DNA of 54,079 nucleotides from a virus (taxonomy: Duplodnaviria > Caudoviricetes), in the IMG/VR virus record IMGVR_UViG_3300032254_000258, positions 1-54,079 of that record; one strand, written 5' to 3'. This document shows positions 48,628-54,079 of this stretch, piece by piece. The position numbers and the translations under genes were made by a program. The notes beneath the pieces are model-generated. The model did no database searches. It had not been told where the DNA came from and saw nothing but the letters and a program-made list of their open reading frames with translations. Position 1 is the first letter of the stretch; each line of letters starts with the position of its first letter.

Positions 48628-49337
48628 GGGCGCACCTCGTTGGCCTGCCAGCGCAACAGGTTGCATTTCCGGTTCTGGAACGCGGATGTCTGCGACAAAG
48701 CATTTTGCCCGAGGGACGCCTTCAGATCGGCAATCAGTGCCAGCTTGGCCTTGCTGCCTTCCAGCCCGCGGTTTTCATAGGCAATGGCCCCGATCAGCAG
48801 GTCCGCAAGTTGAAGCAGCGCGCTTTCATGCGAGCGCACCTGCTGCACCCGCACCACCGTTTCGTGGTCGAAATCATGCAGGCTGTTTGCCAGCACCTCG
48901 TGCAAATTCCGCGTTTTATGCCCGCCGCGCGTATCCTTGATGTCAAGATAAACCCGATAGCGGTTCGGGGCGGTGAACACATAGCGCAGCAGGGTATAAT
49001 ACATTTTGTAATACCATTGGTCGTGGTTCTGGCCAAACCGCCCGTGGTTCAGCGCGCCCTTGTCAGGGATCAGCACGCCGCGAAAACGCAGGGCCTCGTC
49101 TTGTAAAAACAGGTCCAGCACGGCGCGGTAAAAGTCTATTTTCCCGCCGGAAATCTTGGTCCATTTCACCTCGAAATCCGGCGCAAGCCCGTGCTCGGCC
49201 TTGAGGCCCCGTAGCGCCCGCGCAATGCGCCGCACCTCGCCCGCGCGGCAATAGACACCGCCCAGAACCATAACGGGGATATTGTCATTTTCCAGATGGC
49301 AGCTTTCGTCGCAATAGATGTTGTAGGTGTTTTCCAT
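48624..49337 (-). CDS. DUF3800 domain protein (RNase H-like)
   Basis: IYCDES, EVKW and S.....LQLADLL.GA motifs. Confidence 0.85.
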   Translation of the reverse strand: MENTYNIYCDESCHLENDNIPVMVLGGVYCRAGEVRRIARALRGLKAEHGLAPDFEVKWTKISGGKIDFYRAVLDLFLQDEALRFRGVLIPDKGALNHGRFGQNHDQWYYKMYYTLLRYVFTAPNRYRVYLDIKDTRGGHKTRNLHEVLANSLHDFDHETVVRVQQVRSHESALLQLADLLIGAIAYENRGLEGSKAKLALIADLKASLGQNALSQTSAFQNRKCNLLRWQANEVRP

Positions 49338-50661
49338 CACAATACCCCCGCCACGATTTTTTCCGCCGCGCCCACCCGCAGCGCGCCGGACATGAGTTTT
49401 GGCAGCAGCAGGTCGCGGGTTTGGGCGAGGGTGCGGGATTCGAGTTCGTTTTTCTCTATGCGTTCATACAGCGGCAACACCATTTTATTGAAAGCATCCA
49501 TTATGCCCTCCGACGGCACAACAACCGGCAATGGGCGGAAATTCTTCTTGCTGATTTCCTGAAAGGTCGAGCCGTTGGCGTTGCCCTTGATCGCTTCCAT
49601 GTTTTCATGCAGCCAAAGCCAGACGTAAACATTGGACAGCCGCCCCTCACAGCGCAAGGCAATATAGCCTTGGTTCACCGCAACAGGAACTGCCGCAATT
49701 GCGATATAACCAATGGGCGCGCGCGACGACAAAAGCACCGTTCGGACAGGCAATAAGCCCGAACTGATCCTCTCCAACCCCGCCTCGGTGATCGTGCGGT
49801 TGGTTTCAAACAGAACCGGAGATTTCAGGGCCGACAAATCCTTGGGCGTGGTCCAGTGAATACCACCACCCCAAAAGCGCGGTTCCTTGGTGCTTGGCGT
49901 TGATCCGCCAACGACCTTTGCTTCCTTGCCAATCTCGGAAACCTCCCACCCATCGGGCACGCCCTTGTCATCCGGCCGGTCGGGGAAGAGGGGCCGGATT
50001 TCGGGGGGGAGGTAGGGTTTGGTGCCGCTGGCTTTGGCGCGGGTGGGGCCGAAATCGACGAACCAGTCCTTGAACAAGGCCCGCGCCAGCCCCTCCAGCG
50101 TTTCATTCATCCGCCGGTTCAGCGCGATCTTGTCATCCAGCGCCCCGAGGGTGGCAGCAATGGCGCGTTGTTCGGGGAGGGTTGGATACTCAACAGGCAC
50201 CGCTAGAATTTGGCTTGGAGACAGATTTGCCTGTCCGCCAGAACTGGTTGCAACAGCAATGAAGTGCTCTTGAAACGACCAAGAGGAAAGCAAGTATCCA
50301 AAGTATCTGGTGCTCAAAGCAGCGTGGGGCTTGGGACGCAACGCTCCGACGCGCTGGTTTATCAAGAAGGTTCCAACATGGTTGAAGGGTGCAACTTTAC
50401 CAACCCATGTTTCAGGCGATCCATCATGACGGTTGCCCGACATTGAAATCAACAAGTCGCCGCGCCTTGCAACTTTGTTGGGTCTTTTTTTTGTGAAGCG
50501 AGATGAAACGAACGAATGTTCGCCTTCTGCGAAGTGGTTCGCCTTGATGTTCTTTATCTTGATGACGGGGACACCAGCGGCTTGAAAGTCGGCGCTCTTG
50601 AACGCAAAGCCATTTTCGATCTCAAACAGATCGCCAAGGGAACACCTGCTTCGCCCCTCAC

Positions 50662-50665
<4 letters not shown>
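49337..50665 (-). CDS. hsdS: Type I RM specificity subunit S
   Basis: Two TRDs; [16 protein letters not shown] and L...[11 protein letters not shown] conserved regions. Confidence 0.95.
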
Positions 50666-52190
<1,525 letters not shown>

Positions 52191-52191
<1 letters not shown>

Positions 52192-52373
52192 CAATCTTTA
52201 TCCTCAAATTGCGACGGGGTGATACGCTCGCCCGTCATTTTCTCAAATTCTTCAACCGCCATGACAACCACCACCGGGCGGCCGTGTTTTTCAACCACCA
52301 GGGGCTGCGAGCGGGCGAGGTCAATCATCCGGCCAAAGTTATACTTGGCCTCTCGTGCCGAAAGCGCTTTCAT
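52191..52373 (-). CDS. Phd/YefM family antitoxin-like protein (no adjacent toxin)
   Basis: SAREAK.NFG..ID.A...P.VV.KHGRP..V motif; GGAGG RBS; TGATG overlap with hsdM. Confidence 0.8.
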
Positions 52374-52756
52374 GAGCATTCCTCCCAGTGCAAAGTATTG
52401 GCTGAAATGGCCAGAATAATCAATCGGAAATTGAACACCTTGATCGCTGGAGCAGAGCATCGTTTCCGGAGTTTGGGAGTAAGGGATTGGAAAAGTTCGC
52501 TCCCAGCCCCGCCTGCACAGTGCGCGGAAGTTCGAACCAGCAAAAGCGAAAGCTCTTAATTTACGTTGTTTTACAGTGGCTTACAAAACTGAACCAAAAC
52601 CCCTTTAGGCAACAGCCTTGGAGAATATCGGGGGTAAGAGAACCAATTTCAGCCAAACCGCCAGAAGGCACTCAACAGCCCATCGGCTATAACCTTTGAA
52701 AACAACAAGAAAATTTAGGATCGGCCACAAGTGGAGAACGGGTTCTCGGGGGATAG

Positions 52757-52776
52757 TGGCGGAGGAGGTGTCCGCC
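52757..52776. other. Candidate attachment junction (tRNA 3'-end-like inverted repeat)
   Basis: TGGCGGA-N7-TCCGCC; minus strand reads CCTCCTCCGCCA, resembling a tRNA 3' end. Confidence 0.45.
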
Positions 52777-52879
52777 TGATAATTTTTTCATATTGCCCCA
52801 TGCTATTTGATTTAGCCTTACAAACAAAGCCTGTTTTGACTATTTTTGTCTCAAAGCATTGCATTCCATTCGACTGCAT

Positions 52880-52909
52880 CCCATACTTAAGTATGGGTAA
52901 ACGTATGGG
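52880..52909. promoter_or_regulatory. Perfect 18-bp palindrome plus extra GTATGGG; candidate integrase arm-type sites
   Basis: CCCATACTTAAGTATGGG at 52880-52897 and GTATGGG at 52903-52909, just before the integrase ATG. Confidence 0.5.
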
Positions 52910-52918
52910 ACAAGTTGA

Positions 52919-54079
52919 ATGGGAAAGCTGAATGCACTCACCGTCAAAGGCAAACTATCTACCGGAATGCACAATGACGGAGACGGACTTTATCTTCGTG
53001 TGGCCAAAACCGGAAGCCGTTCATGGATCCTTCGAACCCGCGTGCATGGGAAGAAGAGGGATATTGGCTTGGGAGGCCTTGCTACGCGCACATTAGCCGA
53101 GGCAAGAACCGAAGCTACAGAGATGCGCAAACTGGCGCGCTTGGGGGGCGATCCACTTGCTCTGCGCCACCGTGCAATACCAACTTTTGAAGAAGCCGCG
53201 CTGCAGGTCTGGAATGAGCAGATTGTACCAACCGCAAAAAATGAAAAACACAAAGCGCAATGGATCAACACGCTGAGGCAATATGCTTTTCCAAAGCTCG
53301 GCGCCAAAACCGTTGATGTAATCAAATCGAATGACGTACTGGCTGCACTTCTTCCCATTTGGCTTGAGAAGCCTGAAACAGCTAGGAGAGTGCGCCAGAG
53401 GCTGCGCACCGTGTTTGACTGGTGCATCGTTAAAGAATACCGCGAAACTGCCAATCCACTTAGCGGAATTGAAAAGGCACTTCCCAAACAACGAGACAAA
53501 GTTAAGCATCACAAATCGCTGCCTTATGGCGAGCTTCCAGCCCTGATGGATCGGCTTGAGGAGGTGAAAGGAGTTGGCGCTAAGGCATTACGGTTCACCA
53601 TTCTAACTGCAGCGCGCTCTGGAGAGGTCAGGGGAGCCCGCTGGCAGGAGATTGACGGAAATTCGTGGATAGTGCCCGCTGGGCGCATGAAAGGCGGTGT
53701 GGAGCACCGCGTACCGTTGAGTGGCGAGGCTCTGGAAATTCTCGAAGACTTAAAGGGATATGACGATGAACTAATATTTCCCGGATCGCAGCGCGGCAAA
53801 CCTCTTTCCGACATGTCTCTGTCTGCCGTTCTAAAGAGGATGAATGTCCCTGTAACTGTCCATGGCTTCCGATCTACATTCCGTGATTGGGTTAGTGAGT
53901 GCACGAGTACTCCGAGAGAAATTGCTGAAATGTCTTTAGCCCATACCGTTGGAAACGCAGTGGAGAAAGCTTATGCTCGATCTGATCTATTCGAAAAGCG
54001 GAAGGCGCTAATGGATCGCTGGGCTGCGCATTGTCTTTCGGTGCCGGCCAAAGTTGTTCAATTGAGCTCAACGCGATGA
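52919..54079 (+). CDS. P4-like tyrosine integrase
   Basis: DGDGLYL arm-binding domain; TAARSGE, MK...H.VPL, HGFRSTF, LAH and AY catalytic motifs. Confidence 0.95.
   Translation: MGKLNALTVKGKLSTGMHNDGDGLYLRVAKTGSRSWILRTRVHGKKRDIGLGGLATRTLAEARTEATEMRKLARLGGDPLALRHRAIPTFEEAALQVWNEQIVPTAKNEKHKAQWINTLRQYAFPKLGAKTVDVIKSNDVLAALLPIWLEKPETARRVRQRLRTVFDWCIVKEYRETANPLSGIEKALPKQRDKVKHHKSLPYGELPALMDRLEEVKGVGAKALRFTILTAARSGEVRGARWQEIDGNSWIVPAGRMKGGVEHRVPLSGEALEILEDLKGYDDELIFPGSQRGKPLSDMSLSAVLKRMNVPVTVHGFRSTFRDWVSECTSTPREIAEMSLAHTVGNAVEKAYARSDLFEKRKALMDRWAAHCLSVPAKVVQLSSTR

Noticed and set aside
52700-52780. Complete tRNA gene
   Set aside because: Only a ~12-nt 3'-end-like match; no T-loop GTTCGA or cloverleaf adjacent.

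Overview
Almost the whole window (1 to ~52770) is one GC-rich alphaproteobacterial (Rhodobacterales-like) siphovirus prophage, mostly on the minus strand. Its left end is not identified and probably lies beyond the window. Read from right to left it contains: a putative att junction (~52757-52776); a type I restriction-modification operon (Phd-like gene, hsdM, hsdS, inserted DUF3800/RNase-like/nuclease genes, hsdR); a plus-strand DUF2924 and large serine recombinase cassette; a regulatory region with no recognisable CI/Cro but a winged-helix protein and a sigma-like protein; a replication module (AAA ATPase, SSB, intein-containing SF2 helicase, Cas4-like nuclease, primase-helicase, iteron-like repeats, RuvC-like resolvase); a lambda-like cos candidate; DNA methyltransferases; lambda-type head genes; RcGTA-like tail genes; and a lysis module. 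A P4-like tyrosine integrase at the right edge probably belongs to an adjacent island. Highlights: two identical TGGGAC-N16-GAGTAG promoter-like sites and an 11-bp-phased repeat array suggesting an activator/sigma cascade; a DUF3800 + RNase-like + structured-RNA module inside the RM operon; a dual-frame (EcoHK31I-like) C5 methyltransferase whose core is replaced by a secreted repeat-protein gene; dispersed hairpins sharing a TGCGA apex inside genes; a -1 frameshift in the tail chaperone; and a lectin-like insert in the megatron tail protein. All family assignments come from motif recognition by eye, not database searches.
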